64,000 nucleotides of DNA, from NCBI RefSeq assembly GCF_044704955.1, contig NC_091999.1, positions 65,534,001 through 65,598,000 on the forward strand. The letters run 5' to 3'. The stretch is from Pristiophorus japonicus. Its lineage: Eukaryota. Below, piece by piece: positions 49,766 to 63,335 of this stretch (position 1 is the stretch's first letter; each line of letters begins with the position of its first letter). The notes under the pieces were generated by a model, which worked only from the letters and a program-made list of their open reading frames with translations, was not told the DNA's origin and searched no databases. Both the position numbers and the translations under genes were made by a program.

Positions 49766-50874
49766 ATCTGGTAGATTGATGGACTGATGATTGATGGAGA
49801 GATAAGTGAATATCGATGTAAAGAGAGATTATTATTTCGTAGGTGGAAGAAAAAATTGTTTTTAATGTAAAAACATACCTTTTATTTTGTTCATTACAGA
49901 CAGCAGCTGCATGCAACTTATAATTGATGTGGCATTATTTCGTACTACTTTTGTTGAAAGGACAGGAAATACTTGAAACAATTTTCCAGAGATGGATTGC
50001 GATTGAGGGACAGGACTAAAGTTCAGCAATTCACTGCATCTTGCACTGATTAGTAGCAAACTCTGTTAAGGTTTACTAATTCACACGTATGTTGTCCTGT
50101 GCCGATTGCTCCGGGCTTATTTACTGTTCAGGATTGTTTTTACTGCAGTATATTCTACTGAGCTTTCGCGGGATCCAATGATTGTGTTGGACAGAGCCTT
50201 GAACCTTGACGTCACAGGACCACCGGATGGGCGGCAGCAGGGTACATCCACAAACTATATGAGCCCTTATTTGGTTAAGAGGAAATACCTATAAGAGCAT
50301 TCACAAAGTGCTTGCTATATGTGTGTACAAATCATATCATTCGAAATATGTGCAAACGCATTCCACAAAGATATGTTATGATGTTCACCAATTATTTTCC
50401 ACAATTGTGAAGCTTTCGATCGTTTAATACCTTTAACATTTATTGGCAACCCATTGTCTTGTTTCTAAAGAGCTGTCACACTGAGAATTCCTTTAACAAA
50501 GACCGTATGTCTGTGCACAGTGTTCAGTGTGAAAGTCAAATCTATCACACCAAGGATAATTAGCAACTACCCACCAGTCTCTGCACATTATTGTCCAGTG
50601 ATCACCTCACCATCACAAAAAAGCTCCTGATGTTAACTTCCAGAATGTGACGATTGGTGCAAGTCAAGGTAAATATTAAAATGTATGTATGCCTGATGTA
50701 ACGTTAATAAATATGTAATTCTCTGACGTATTATAATCTTCGTTTGGAAAGGAATGAAACGATTGCTACTTCCCTGAGAAGTTACGCTTTTCCAGTTTCC
50801 AAAATCTTCTTTTTTGAATGCTCCCTTCACTGTTTCGTCACCAACCTCTTCGAACATTTTTGGGAATCGTCTGG

Positions 50875-51500
50875 TGCAGCGATAACTGATGCAGATCCAG
50901 GGTAAAATGAGAAGAAACACCTCTTTGTGTAATAATAATAGAAACAATATATTGTGCAATAATAACTGAAAGAGGAGATGGTGTAACCATCTCAGAAGCC
51001 GGTTCTATTTTAACAATGCCAGAAATACTCTATTGAATACAACAGAGACAAGCTCTCGAGTTATTATAATAGAGGCGTGCATTAGATCTTAAATTGCAGT
51101 GGCAGGTCATTTTCGGATAATAGCAGAGCGCGTGTCTAGTGTACCAATTCCTGAGACTGAGTCTCATACAGTAAGAGTTGAGACAGGGTCCAGCGTAATA
51201 ACAGCAAACGAATGGCACACTGTAAGCGTAACACAGACAAGGTTTGGTCCAATAATAACAGAGGCAGATTCTGGTGATATACTGAACACAAGGCTGAATC
51301 TAGTGTGAAGATAGTGTGTCGAGTGCAAACAAACTCAAAGGTTAGATCTCATATAATAGTGTGTGCAAGTCACTTGTTGTTATAACTGCAAATGCTCTGT
51401 CTCATGTGTAATAATCGAGTGAAGGTCCATTTCAGTATGAATGGACGGGGCTAGTGTAATAACACAGGCACCGTCTAGTATAATGGGACCAGGGAATAGA
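50875..51500 (+). repeat. Degenerate 27-bp minisatellite (mirror of 2510-3145)
   Basis: GAGACAGGGTCCAGCGTAATAACAG-type units. Confidence 0.6.
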
Positions 51501-51619
51501 TCATGTCGGTCTTGGCTCAGTGGCAGCACTCTCACCCCTCAATCAGGGAATCATGGTTTAAATTTCAAATGCAGAGCCGCGAGCACATAATCGAGGCCAG
51601 GACTCCAGGTGCCCTTGCT

Positions 51620-52700
51620 GAGTAATTACATTCAAGCCAACATGAAGCAAAGGGTAATGGTTGTTGAGTGCTTTTGTGAACTGATGGTTGTGTTAAGTGG
51701 AGTTCAGCAGCGTTCAGTGCTGGGTCCCTTGCTTTTTGTGGTATGTTTCAATGAATTGGTCTTCAACGTTGGGGGTATGATTAAGAAGTTTGCAGATGAA
51801 TCCAAAAATGGCTCTGAGGATGAAAATGAAGAAAGCTGAGGACTGATGGAAGATATCAATGTACTGCTCAGGTGGACAGAACAGTGATAAGTATAATTCA
51901 ATACGGATAAGTTTGAGGTAATATATATGTGTAAGTCTAACAAGGCGAGGGAATAAACATTACATGATACGACACTGAATAGTGTAGAGGAACAATGGGC
52001 CCTTGGAGTGTAGTTCCACAAAGCCCTAAATGCAGCATGCCAGGTACATAAGGACGTTGAGAAGGCATAGGTAAACATGCCTTTACTAGTCGAGGCATGG
52101 AATACATAAGCAAAGACGTAATGTTTGAACTGTATATAACACTTGTTAGGGCGTATCTGTAGTATTGTGTGCAATTCTGGGCACAACATTACAGAATAAT
52201 TATGATTGCACTGGAAAGGGTGAAGATATTTGCAAGAATGTTACCTGGACTGGAGATTTTTTCCATGGGGAATGATTGGAGATGCTGGCTCTCTTTGCTT
52301 TGGAACAGAGGAGGCTGAGGGTAGACATGATTGAGGTATGTACAATTATGAGGGGCGAAGAAAGAGTGACGTGAAAGGACCTGTTTGCCTTGGCAAATGG
52401 GCCAACAACGAGGGGGCATAGATTTGAAGTAATTGGGGGAAGTTTGGATGGGATACCAACAGAAATGTATTCACCCAGTTGGTGGTGTGTGTCTGTAAAT
52501 CACAGTCTGAAAGGGTGGCAGAAGTCTTCACCACATTTAAAAAATAGTTGGATATGCACTTAAAGTGCCGTAACCTCCTGGGCTAGGAATCAATAGCTGG
52601 CAAATGGGATTAGGTTGGGTGGCTGTTGGTCTGCCGGCTCAGACATGTTGGGCTGCAATGGCCTCCTACCAAGCTGTAAATTTCTATGACCCATGACTAA
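51620..52700 (+). mobile_element. CR1 fragment (mirror of 1322-2370)
   Basis: KQRVMV..SGVQQRSVLGPLLF..KFADE. Confidence 0.8.
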
Positions 52701-53309
52701 ATCATACTCCTCATTATCCTATGTTCCTACATATTAGAGGCGCAGTTGGTGTAAAATTAACCAGGAGTGTGTGTCGTGTTGCAAGAGAGCAAATGGAATT
52801 TGGTGTAAAAATAACACGGGGAAAGAGATAAAAACAGACGCGAAGTCTAATGTAAAAATAAAGGAACTGGAGTCGACTGAAAGCTGAAAGTTATTGTGAG
52901 CCTTAAAATTCTCCAGGCACCTTTTCCAGATTACATATGACAGATGCCGGGACAGAATTATTGCGCTGATGCAGGGGTGGAAATTATTCCCTGGGATTTA
53001 AGTGTAACCGCAACAAAGGGTGGTTCATGTGTCACAATAGACGGTTCATTACATTCTTCAGAAGTGAAATAAGCTCTACTGGGAGAACATACTAATTTAT
53101 TTCACCTACTATTTGCAAGTTGGAGCCAGGACATTATGGCTTAAACTTAAGAAATGACAGGTAGGCCCCAGCTGTGTTCAATTCTGAACTTTTATTTATG
53201 GTGTCCAGAAAGAATGAGGAAAAGACAAATAAAGACCGAAAGAGACTTAATAAGAATAGACATGAGATGGTGAGAGATAAACGCTGAAAAGTAGAATAAC
53301 ATAATGAAC

Positions 53310-54740
53310 ATAAAATATAACAAATCGGAACAGGAGTAGGACACTTGGCTCCTCGAGCCTGCTCCAGCATTCAATAAGACCATGGCTGATCTGATCATGG
53401 ACTGAGCTCCAATTCCCTACTCATTCCCCATAACCTATTAATCCCTCATCACTTAAAAATCTGTCTATCTGCGCCATTAAATTTATTCAATGATCCAGCC
53501 TCCACATTTCTTTTGGGCAGATATCCACAGATTTAAAACCCGCTGAGAAAATCTGTTCTTCCTCAACACAGATATCTTGGGACTGTGCCCCTCGTTTTAA
53601 TTTTGCCTATGAGTGGAACTATCCTCACTGCATTCACCTTGTGGAGACGCTCATTAACTTATATATTTCGTTAAGATCATCTCTTATTCCTCTGAGCTCC
53701 AACAAGCACAGGCCCAGCCTACGCCACCTATCTTCATAACTCAACCCCCTGATCTCTGGAATCAACCAAGTGAATTTACTCTGAACTGCCTCCAATGCAA
53801 GTACATCATTTCTTATAAAAAGAGGCCAAAACTGTACGCAATACTCTAGGTGAGGCCTGGCCAATACCTTGTTCTGTGCTTTTATACTCCGTTCCCCCTT
53901 GCAATCAAGGCCAAAATTGCATTTGCTTCCTGATTACTTGCCGTAGCAGCATGCTAAGTTTTTATGTTTCATGCAGACGAAACCCAGGTCCCACTTTACT
54001 GCAGCACTTTACAATTTTTCTGCATTTGAAAAATAGTTTGCTTTTCTATTTTTTTTTGCAAAAATGGATAAGCTCATATTTTCCCACTTTATACTCTATC
54101 TGCCAACATTTTTCCCACTCACTTAGCCTGTCTATATCTCTTTTCAGATTTGTTGTGTCTTCCTCACAATTTGCTTTCCCACGCATCTTAGTTTCATCAG
54201 CAAACCTGGCTGCTTTACACTCGGTCCCTTCATCCAATTCATTCATGTACTTTGTAAATAGTTTCGGCTCAGCACCATTCCCTGTGGCATCCCGCTAGTA
54301 AATGTTTGCCAAACGGAAAAATGACATACTTATCCGGATACGATTTTCTGTTAGTTAGCCAATCATCTCTCCATGCTAATATATTAGCACCAACCACATG
54401 AACATTTATTTTGTGCAGTAACATTTTACGTGGCACCTCATCGAATGCTTTCTGGAAACCCAGATATAGCACATCCACTGGTTGCCATTTATCCACCCTA
54501 CACGTTACATCCTCAAAGAATTCCGGCAAATGTATCAAATATGATTACCATTTCATAAAACCATGTTAATTTTGCTTCATTGAACTATGCTTTTACAAAT
54601 ATCCTCCTACTCCTTCCTTATTAATGGACGCCAGCATTTTCCCAACAACAGATGTTCGACTAACTGGTCTGTAGATTCCTGCTTTTTATCTGCAACCTTT
54701 TTTTAAACATGGCCGTTACATCTGCTGTTTTCCAATCCAC
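53310..54740 (-). mobile_element. CR1 RT/3' region (mirror of 1-700, extending further)
   Basis: YLGFQKAFDEVP, RFADETK, RPHLEYCVQFWP. Confidence 0.88.
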
Positions 54741-54749
54741 CGGATAGAG

Positions 54750-57700
54750 TGCAGCAATATACGAGCCAGGGTCTACTGTAACTTTAGCAGGGACAGTGTC
54801 TAGTATAACATAAACAGAGACAGGGTCTAGTGCAATACAACAGAGACCGCATTTGGTGTAATATAAAAAGAGACGGATTCATGTGCAACAATTCTAGTGA
54901 CAGGATCGCATGTAATATAAACAAAGACGTTGCTTATTTTAGCAGTAACTGAGACAATGTCTAGTGCAAGATAAACAAATATATGGTCTAGAGTAATATA
55001 AAATAAATAAAGTCTTGTGCAATTTGAAAAGAGACAAGGAATAGTGCATTAATGACTGAGACAGCATCTGATGTCATATAAAAAGAGTCACGGACTTGTT
55101 CAATATAAATAGAGACTGAATCTAGTGTAATATAAACAGTGTTAGGGTCTAGTGCAGTAATAACTGAGGCAGGATTTTGTGTATTTTGAACCGAGACATG
55201 GCCGAGTATAATATAAATATAGACCGTATCTAGTGCATTATAAAAAGAGACTTGGTCTAGTGTAATATAAAGAGAGACACGTTGTGTATAATAAAAAATG
55301 GGACAAGGCCTAGTAAAATATAAATAGTGAGAGTGTCTAGTGTAATATAAACAGTTATAAGGTCAAATGCAGTAATAACTGATGAAGAGGCTAGCGTGGT
55401 AATAACTGAAACCCGGTCTATTGCAGTAATAAATGAGAGCCGATCTGCTGTGATATCATAGAATCATGGAAACTTACATCATAAATGAAGCAATTCGGTC
55501 TATCGCGCCTGTACTGTCACTTTGAAAGACCAGGTGCACATAGTCCCATGGTGCCGAATTTGTCCCTAACCATACTGGTTCCTCTTCCCCAATTCACTTT
55601 TAAAATTATCAATGGAATCATTTTCCATGACCACTTCTCGTTGAGCGTTCCACATCCCTACAACACTCTGCGTGAAGCTACCAAAATATTGTTCTCCCCT
55701 CTAGACCTTTTGCCAATGCTTTTTAATCTATGCCCGCTCGCCAGAGGGAACTGCTCTTCAATAGCTACCCTATTAAAACCTCTCATCATCTTTCAAGTCA
55801 CTTCTGAAACTTCACTTTTGCAAGGAGAACAGTTCTGACTTTCCTAATCTCTTCTTATAACTAAGGTCCCACAATCCTGGTAACAACTTGGTAAACCTCA
55901 TCTGTACACTTTCTATCGTTATGGAAATGTGACGCACAATATTTTCCATAATAGTCCAGTTGAGGCCTAAGGGCTAACATAAAGTGAAATAAGATGCAAA
56001 GCAGCAATAACTGAGAGAGAATCTAGTGTAATGTAAAATAGAGACAGGGTCTAGTGTAATATAAACAGAGACAGGGTCTAGCGTCATATAAACAGAAACG
56101 GGTTCTCGAGTAATATAAACCGGGACAGGGTCTAGTGACCTATTAACAGAGACAGGGTCTAGTGTAATTTAAACCGGGTTAGTGTCTAGTGCCATATTAA
56201 CAGAGACAGGGTCGAAAGTTATATAAACAGAGACCTGAGCTAGTGTAATATAAACAGAGACAGGCTATAGTACACTAATAACTGAGTCGTCGTCTAGTTT
56301 AATATAAATAGAGAGAGGGTCGAGTGGAATAATAACTGAGAGACCATCTGCTGTGATTGCAGCCAATCACAGAACCTTACATCTCAAAGGAAGCCATTGG
56401 GTCCATCGTGCCTGTGCTGTCTCTCTGCATGAAAACAAATTCTCCTCTTTTCCCTCTAGAACTTATGCCAAATGCTTTATAATCAATGAACTCTGCTAAG
56501 TGGGAACCGCTATTTTATGTAATAGAATCATAGAAATTTACAGCAAGGTAGGACGCATTTCGGCCATTGTATGAGCGCTGGCCGTCCATGAGCTGTCCAG
56601 CCTAATCCCAATGTCCAGCTCTTGGTCCATAGCCCTGTAGGTTACAACAATTTAATTGTACATCCACGTATCATTAAAATGTTGTGAGGATTCCTGCATC
56701 TACCAGTGTTTCAGCATTTTTCTGGGTGAAGACATTTCCCCTTATATCTCCTCTACACTATTAAAACATCTCATCAGTTGAGACCTCTATTAGGTCGCTT
56801 CCTAAAATTTTTCGTTCCAAGGAGAACAGTTCAAACTTTTCCAAGCTCTAACTGAATTCCCTCCTCTCTGCTCACAACGTGTTAAATCTCCATTGTATCC
56901 TTTCTAATGGCTTTACATCGTTATGGAAACGTGGTGCTCAGAATTGTCCATAATAATTCAGCTGAGACCTAAGGCCTAATATCAACCGAGAGATGGTGCA
57001 ATGCAGTAATAACTGAGTAAGTGGCTAGAGTTAAACAGAGATTGGGTCTAGTGTAATATAAACATAACAGGGTCTAGCGTAATTAAAAAAAGGAAGGGTA
57101 AAAACTGAGAAAGTGTCTCGTGCTATATCAACAGAGTCATGATCTAATGTAATATAAACAGATACATTGTCTAGTCCAGTAATAATCGAAACATGGTATT
57201 TTATATTATCAAGATAAACATAGCCTAGTGTAATATAAGCTGTGACATGGTCAGTTAGAAATCAAACGGGGCCTGAGGTTATATAAAGATGTCTCAAGCA
57301 GTAATGATTCAGACAGGCCACAATTTAATAATGTTTGATGTTGCATTAGGCAGGTTTTAATATAATAAAAATAGAGTATAATGTAATAAAGCAGATGGTC
57401 TAGTGCTTTAATCACTAAAACAGCGCACGAGATATTTTGCCATGCTTTTAAATCTAGGATCTCTGCTGATTTAGCCACTCGCCAGAAGGAACTGCTCTTC
57501 CGTAGCTACTCGATTAAACTCTCTCTTCATCTTGAAGACTTATTTTAGGTCTTTTCTTAAACTTCATTGTTCGAAGGAGAACAGTTCTAAACTTCGTAAC
57601 CTCTTCTCAACTGAGGTCCCTCAGCCCAGGTAACAATCTGTTAAACCACATCTGTCGACCTTTCTAATGCTCTTATATTTTATGGAAATGTGGTTCCTTG

Positions 57701-59330
57701 GATTGTCCATAATATTCCAGGTGAGGCTTAAGGCCTAATCTAAGTTGATATATGGTTCAATGAGGGACTTTATGAAACAGTGTTTAGTGTATTTTAGGCA
57801 GAGATAGGGTCCTATAATATAAACAGAGGTAGGTAATATAAGCAGTGACAGGGTCTTGTGTAATATAAACAGAGACAGGTCCAGTGCAATATAAAGAGAG
57901 ACAGGTCCTAGTTTAATATAGCTAGATATAGGATCGAGTGTAATATAACCAGAGAGCAAATAGTGTAATATAAATGGGGACAAGGACTAATACAGTAATA
58001 ACTGAGGGGGCTAATCGTAATATAAACAAGTCTGTGGCTGTAATATTTCAGACAGGCCCTAGTTTAATACAGGCTAATTAATGCTCGAATGCATTAACGA
58101 ATGAGACAAGGTCTAGTTTAATATATACAGAGCAGGATCTAATTTATTATAACACGGGGTCGAGTGCTATAATCAATATGCAGCCTTGTAGATCTTTTGC
58201 CAGTATTTATAAATCTATTATCTCGGGTTATGGAACCACTTGCCAGAGGGAACCACTTTTCTATATCTACTCTACCAAGTCATCTCATCATCTTGAAGAG
58301 CTTTATTGGGTCTCTTATTCAACTTCACTGTTCCAAGGAGAACACTTTTAACTTTACTAACCTTTTCTCATAACTGAACTCCCTCATCACCGGTAACAAC
58401 CTGTTAAACCTGGACTTCACCTCTTCTAATGCATTTGCTTGTTTTCTGAAATATGGTGCCCATAATGTCCATATTACTCTAGCCGAGGACTCAGGCCTAA
58501 TACAAATAGAGATACGGTCCATTGCAGTAATAACTGAGACGGAGCCGAAGGTAATATCAATAGAGAAAGATTCCAGGGCAGCAATATTTCAGACAGGGCA
58601 GAGTTTAATACAAAGAGAAAGAGTCCAGTGCAATAATAATGAAGATAGGGTCGAGTTTGCTTTAAACAGAAACAGGGTCTAGTGCAATATAAACAGAGAC
58701 AGTGTCTACATTAATATAAACAGATACTTGTTCGAGTATAATATAAACAGAGGCAGGGTCTTGTGTAATGTAAATAATGACAGGGTCTTCTGTAATTTAA
58801 ACAGAGGCAATGTCTTGTATAATATAAACAGAGGCAAGGTCTTGTGTAATATAAGCAGAGACAGGGTATTGTGAAATATAAACAGAGACATGGTCTTGTG
58901 TAATATAAACAGAGACAGGGTCTATTCTAATAAAGAAAGGGACAGGGTCTAGTGTAATATAAACAGAGACAGGGCATAGTGTAATATAAACAGAGACAGG
59001 GTCTAGTGTAATATAAACAGAGACAGGGTCTAGTGTAATATAAACAGACGCATGTTCGAGTGTAATATAAATAGAGACAAGCGTCGTGCAATATAAAGAG
59101 ACAGGGTCGAGTATAATACAAACAGACACAGAGCCTAGTATAATATACAAAAGAGACAGGGTCTAGTGCAATGTAATCAGAGACAGTGTCTAATGTTATA
59201 TAACGAGAAACAGGGATTGGTGCAGTAAACATTGCACAACTCTGTCACTTGGTAACTGTAAGTCCTACCATTTGAAAACGTTTCTAACTAGCCACTCGAT
59301 TAAAACCTGTCATAATTTTGAACACCTCGA
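54750..59330 (+). repeat. Composite higher-order tandem: 27-bp satellite blocks alternating with a reverse CR1 3' fragment
   Basis: CR1-derived units at ~55458-55978, 56365-56980, 57435-57738, 58190-58501 and a partial unit at 59235-59330, separated by satellite runs. Confidence 0.85.
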
Positions 59331-61049
59331 TTCCATTCTCCGGTCTAATGTTAATAAACCCCGGTTCCAGCAGCTAATGCACCTCTCGCAGTTTAAAACA
59401 CAAGTTCCGTGAGTCCTCTTGCATCGGGAACTTGCAGATGTGGAGTCGCTGAAACATCTATGTGGAAATCCGCTGTCACAACAGTGCGGGAATATTATCA
59501 CAGGTAAGATAAGATAATTAGCCCAGGGAACTAAACTGACCGTGTAAGATTCGGCGCAGGCACTGAATTCTTGACACACTGAGTTAAATGGAAAAATTTT
59601 GAAAATCAATCTGTGATATGTTAAAGCCCCGACACAGTGGGTTCACCCTTGCCTCTCAGTCAGAAGGATTTCGATACAAAGTCCTCTCCAGAGTCTTGAA
59701 CATATAATCTAGGCTAACACTGTTGGTACCAGGACTGCAGAGTGCTGTACTGTCACTGGTGAAGTCTTTTGTATGAGACGTTAAATCGAGGCTCTGTCTT
59801 CCCAAGTAATAAATAAAAATACTGTGGGTGCAGTTTTGAGGAACGGTCATAGACGCGAAACATTAACTGTGTTTCTCTCCTCAGATGCTACTGGAACTGC
59901 TGAGATTTCTAGCATTTACTGTTTTATTGCTGTCTTCCCACTCAGTTGCATGTACTAGATAGAACGGCATTAATTAACATGGCATTGGCTTTCACGCCTG
60001 TGTCGATGACAATTTTTTATCAATCAACCAACATTGCTAAGAAACAGATTCTCTGTTCGTGATAACATTGCTGTTTGTGGGATCTTGCTGTTCATCATTT
60101 GTGTGCCATGTATCCTACATTAAAATAGGGACCGTATTTCAAACGTACTCCATTGGCTGTGAAACGCTTTTGGACATCACGAAGTCGTGAAAGGTGCTTT
60201 ATAAATAGAAGTTAGTTCTAAATGCCAATAATTGTAAATATAAGTTGCGATAGGACACTACTCTGGGCGTTGTTTTAACTTGTTTATTTTAAATGGCTTG
60301 AGTCATGCTCTAAATCCAGTGAAATATTAGTCTGGTGATAGAACTTCCATTAATTTTAGCAGCAGAATTTACAGAACTGAACATTTAATTTTAAAATTTT
60401 CACTTTTATATAAATCACTTATGTTCTCTTTGAAGAAAACATAAACCGATGTCACTGATCGAGATATTTCTATTTGTTGTGCCAGCTTCCAATATTATTA
60501 AAATAAACGTTTGTTGTGAGTTGAAACTAATCAGTTCGTGACTCTGTTGATATGATTTTGCTGCCATGAACACTTCATGGAAATCAGTGAGACGTTTATG
60601 TAAATAAACACCGAAGTAGAAGTCCCAGATTAGAATCTTGAGCGACAGAAACTCAATAAGTGTTTCCCCACCAACACAGAATAAAAATAAACAGAGATAA
60701 ATGCAAATGTTTAAACGTTTTTCGCAACACTTGATTTTGGGGACATTTCTCTGAGTTATCGGAGAATAGGGTACTATGTTCAGAATGGAGCAAGATGCTG
60801 TTCACCATATATTGTGACAGCTCAAATGTGTTTGTGGCGAGTCCCTGTATCGCCTCCCTCGCTGCCTCTCTCTCCTATTCGCACGTTTTGTCTTGCCTCT
60901 AAAGAATGCGTCATTACCTTTAGCTCACAAAAATAGTCAATGTCTAACAAAAGTTTTCCCTGTGCATCATTTCTAGACCACGAACAAAATTGATGCGAGT
61001 GCGGAGATGGAGTCCTGTGTCTTGTGTCCTGTGTCCTGTGAATTCAATG

Positions 61050-61447
61050 ATCTGGGGGTGTTTGATGTGACAGTGAAGAGGGAGCACTATTCTTTATATA
61101 ATACATGCTGTAGCTGCCTTGGCATGAGAAATTATGGGAAGACATTTACTCTGTATCTAACCCGTGCTGTACGTGTGCTAGGAGTGTTTGATGGAACAGT
61201 GGATAAAGAACTTTACACTGTATCTAACCCCGTGCTGTAGCTATCCGGGGAGTGTTTGATGGGACAGTTTAGAGGGAGCTTTACTCTCTATCTAACCCGT
61301 GCTGTCCTATACTGGGAGTGTTTGATGGGACAGTGTTGCAGGAGCGTACTCTTTATTTATTCCGTGCTGTATCTAGCCTGCGAGTATTTGATGGGAAAGT
61401 GGAGATGGAGTGTTACTATTTATCTATCCCATGCTGTACCTGGCCTG
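61050..61447 (+). repeat. ~67-bp tandem repeat GGGAGTGTTTGATGGGACAGTG.AGAGGGAGCTTTACTCTGTATCTAACCCGTGCTGTACC, about six copies
   Basis: Period of 66-68 nt between AGTGTTTGATGG motifs. Confidence 0.9.
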
Positions 61448-62222
61448 TGAATTTTTCTAGCGCCAGTTTAACAACTGGCTCCAAAATCTCCTGCTTTTTG
61501 ACGATCATTTTCAATCTTTCCTCTGCACCCTCTTCGAGCATTTTTTTCTGACGAAGGATCAGCGACACCTGAAGCGTTAACTCTGTTTCTTTCTCAGGAG
61601 TTGCTGCCTGACCTGCTGAATATTCCAGCATTTTCTGTTTTTATTTCATATTCCAGCATCTGCGATATTTTGCTTGAATATTGGGCATGTTAGATACACG
61701 GCGGAGAACATGATTTCCACCTATTTTATATACACATACCACCCGGACGTCCAATTACATAGCTTTAATGGAAAGAAATTCTATAAACAAGTTAATATGA
61801 TCAAAAAATTGCTCATTCCCTTTAATGCTGAAGTAAAAGACGCATCACCACGTTTAATGGGTAAAGGTTCTGAATATGACGTTATTCAAACACCCTGCCA
61901 ATATGTGCCCCAAAATATTGGACGAGGTTGGAGAGGAAAAGTGTAGGTGTTGGTCAAGAAACCGGAGATAGTAGAAACAGGAATAGTGCAAAATTCTCTA
62001 GAGAGTGCTAATCTTTCAGTCCTTTCCAAACGGAGGTAAAATAAGTCAGAGAATTATACATTTATTAACCTCACATCACGGAAAGGTACAGTGTCATCAT
62101 TACCATCAATTACACCAATGATCCACACTGGAGGTAAATATCATGAACTTCTGTGTGATGATGTGTGATCACTGGACAATAAAGCACAGATACTGGTGGA
62201 TGTCTGCTCATGATCATGTTTC

Positions 62223-62262
62223 ATACACACACACACAAACACACACACACAAACACACACAT
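62223..62262 (+). repeat. (CA)n microsatellite
   Basis: Directly visible. Confidence 0.9.
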
Positions 62263-62717
62263 ATGTTATATATAATTATAGCAAATACAAGGTTTGCACA
62301 TATTCAGTAACTTTTCTTAACTAGCTGGACATTAGTGTACTAGTTAGATAATAAGATTCCCTGTCTGCCCATCCAGGCTCTATCTAACGCAACAAATGCA
62401 AACTGCAAAATATTGCCAGAAAAAAACCTTAACTTAAGAAAATTGCGAGCAATCGGCATGGTTTAAAACAACTGTAAATTGGTAATAAGTAGTGCAAAGT
62501 GCAGTGTGCTTTTTCATGTTTAGACCTGTCCTTCAATCCCAGTCCATCTCTGGGATAATGTTACAGCATTCAGCCCATCCTTTCAACACACATTTTACAG
62601 AAAAAATACCAGTTCATTTCGAAATTGATTGCCTGCAGATGGTGAAATGTATTAAGTAAACGATTGGTTTGCTTGCAAACAAAATTATTTCATCCTCGCA
62701 GGCAGGCAAATATTAAT

Positions 62718-63020
62718 ATCCATCCATCCATCTACACATCAATCCATCCATACGTCCATCCATCCATCCATCCGTCTATCCTTCCATCCTTTCATCCATC
62801 CATCCGTCCGTCCATCCATCCATTTATCCTTCCGTCAATCCGTCTGTCCATACATCCATCCATCTATCCTTCCGTCCATCCATCCGTATGTCCATCCATC
62901 CATCTATCCTTCCATCAATCCGTCCGTCCATACATCCATCCATCTATCCTTCCGTCCATCCATCCGTCCGTCGTTCCATCCGTCCGTCAGTCCGTCCATC
63001 CATCCATCCATATGTCCATA
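62718..63020 (+). repeat. (TCCA/TCCG)n tetranucleotide microsatellite
   Basis: About 300 bp of CATC/CGTC units. Confidence 0.95.
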
Positions 63021-63044
63021 GGTACATCTAACCAATATAAATAG

Positions 63045-63335
63045 TTAGTAGTCCAGTAATAACTGAGACAGAGTCTAGTTTAATGTAAGCATATCGAGGG
63101 TCCAATGTAATATAACATTGTCTCTTGCTGTAATAACTGACACAAATGCATTATTTGAAAGATAAAATACCCAATGTAATAAAAACGGTCGACAGTCTAG
63201 TGTAGTAATAACGGCGACAGGATCCAGTGTAAAATAAAGGAAGACAGGCTCTGGTGCAGTAATAACTGTGGCAGGGTCGAGTGTAACATTAGCACAGACA
63301 GGATACAATGGAGTACGATAACTGATAGGGTACAT
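63045..63335 (+). repeat. Degenerate 27-bp minisatellite
   Basis: GTCTAGTGTAGTAATAAC..GACAGG units. Confidence 0.7.

Larger units (their letters stand above)
48100..53990 (-). repeat. Right arm of the inverted segmental duplication
   Basis: Reverse-complement match to 1-6540 in both unique segments and repeat junctions, roughly 75-85% identity by eye. It probably extends further, with the partner lying beyond the left window edge. Confidence 0.9.

Noticed and set aside
59391-59503. Exon-like segment ending in CAG|GTAAGA
   Set aside because: All three frames from the upstream AG contain stops and no partner exon is identifiable.
62664-63044. 126-aa His/Pro/Ser/Ile-rich ORF
   Set aside because: Translation of the (TCCA)n microsatellite.
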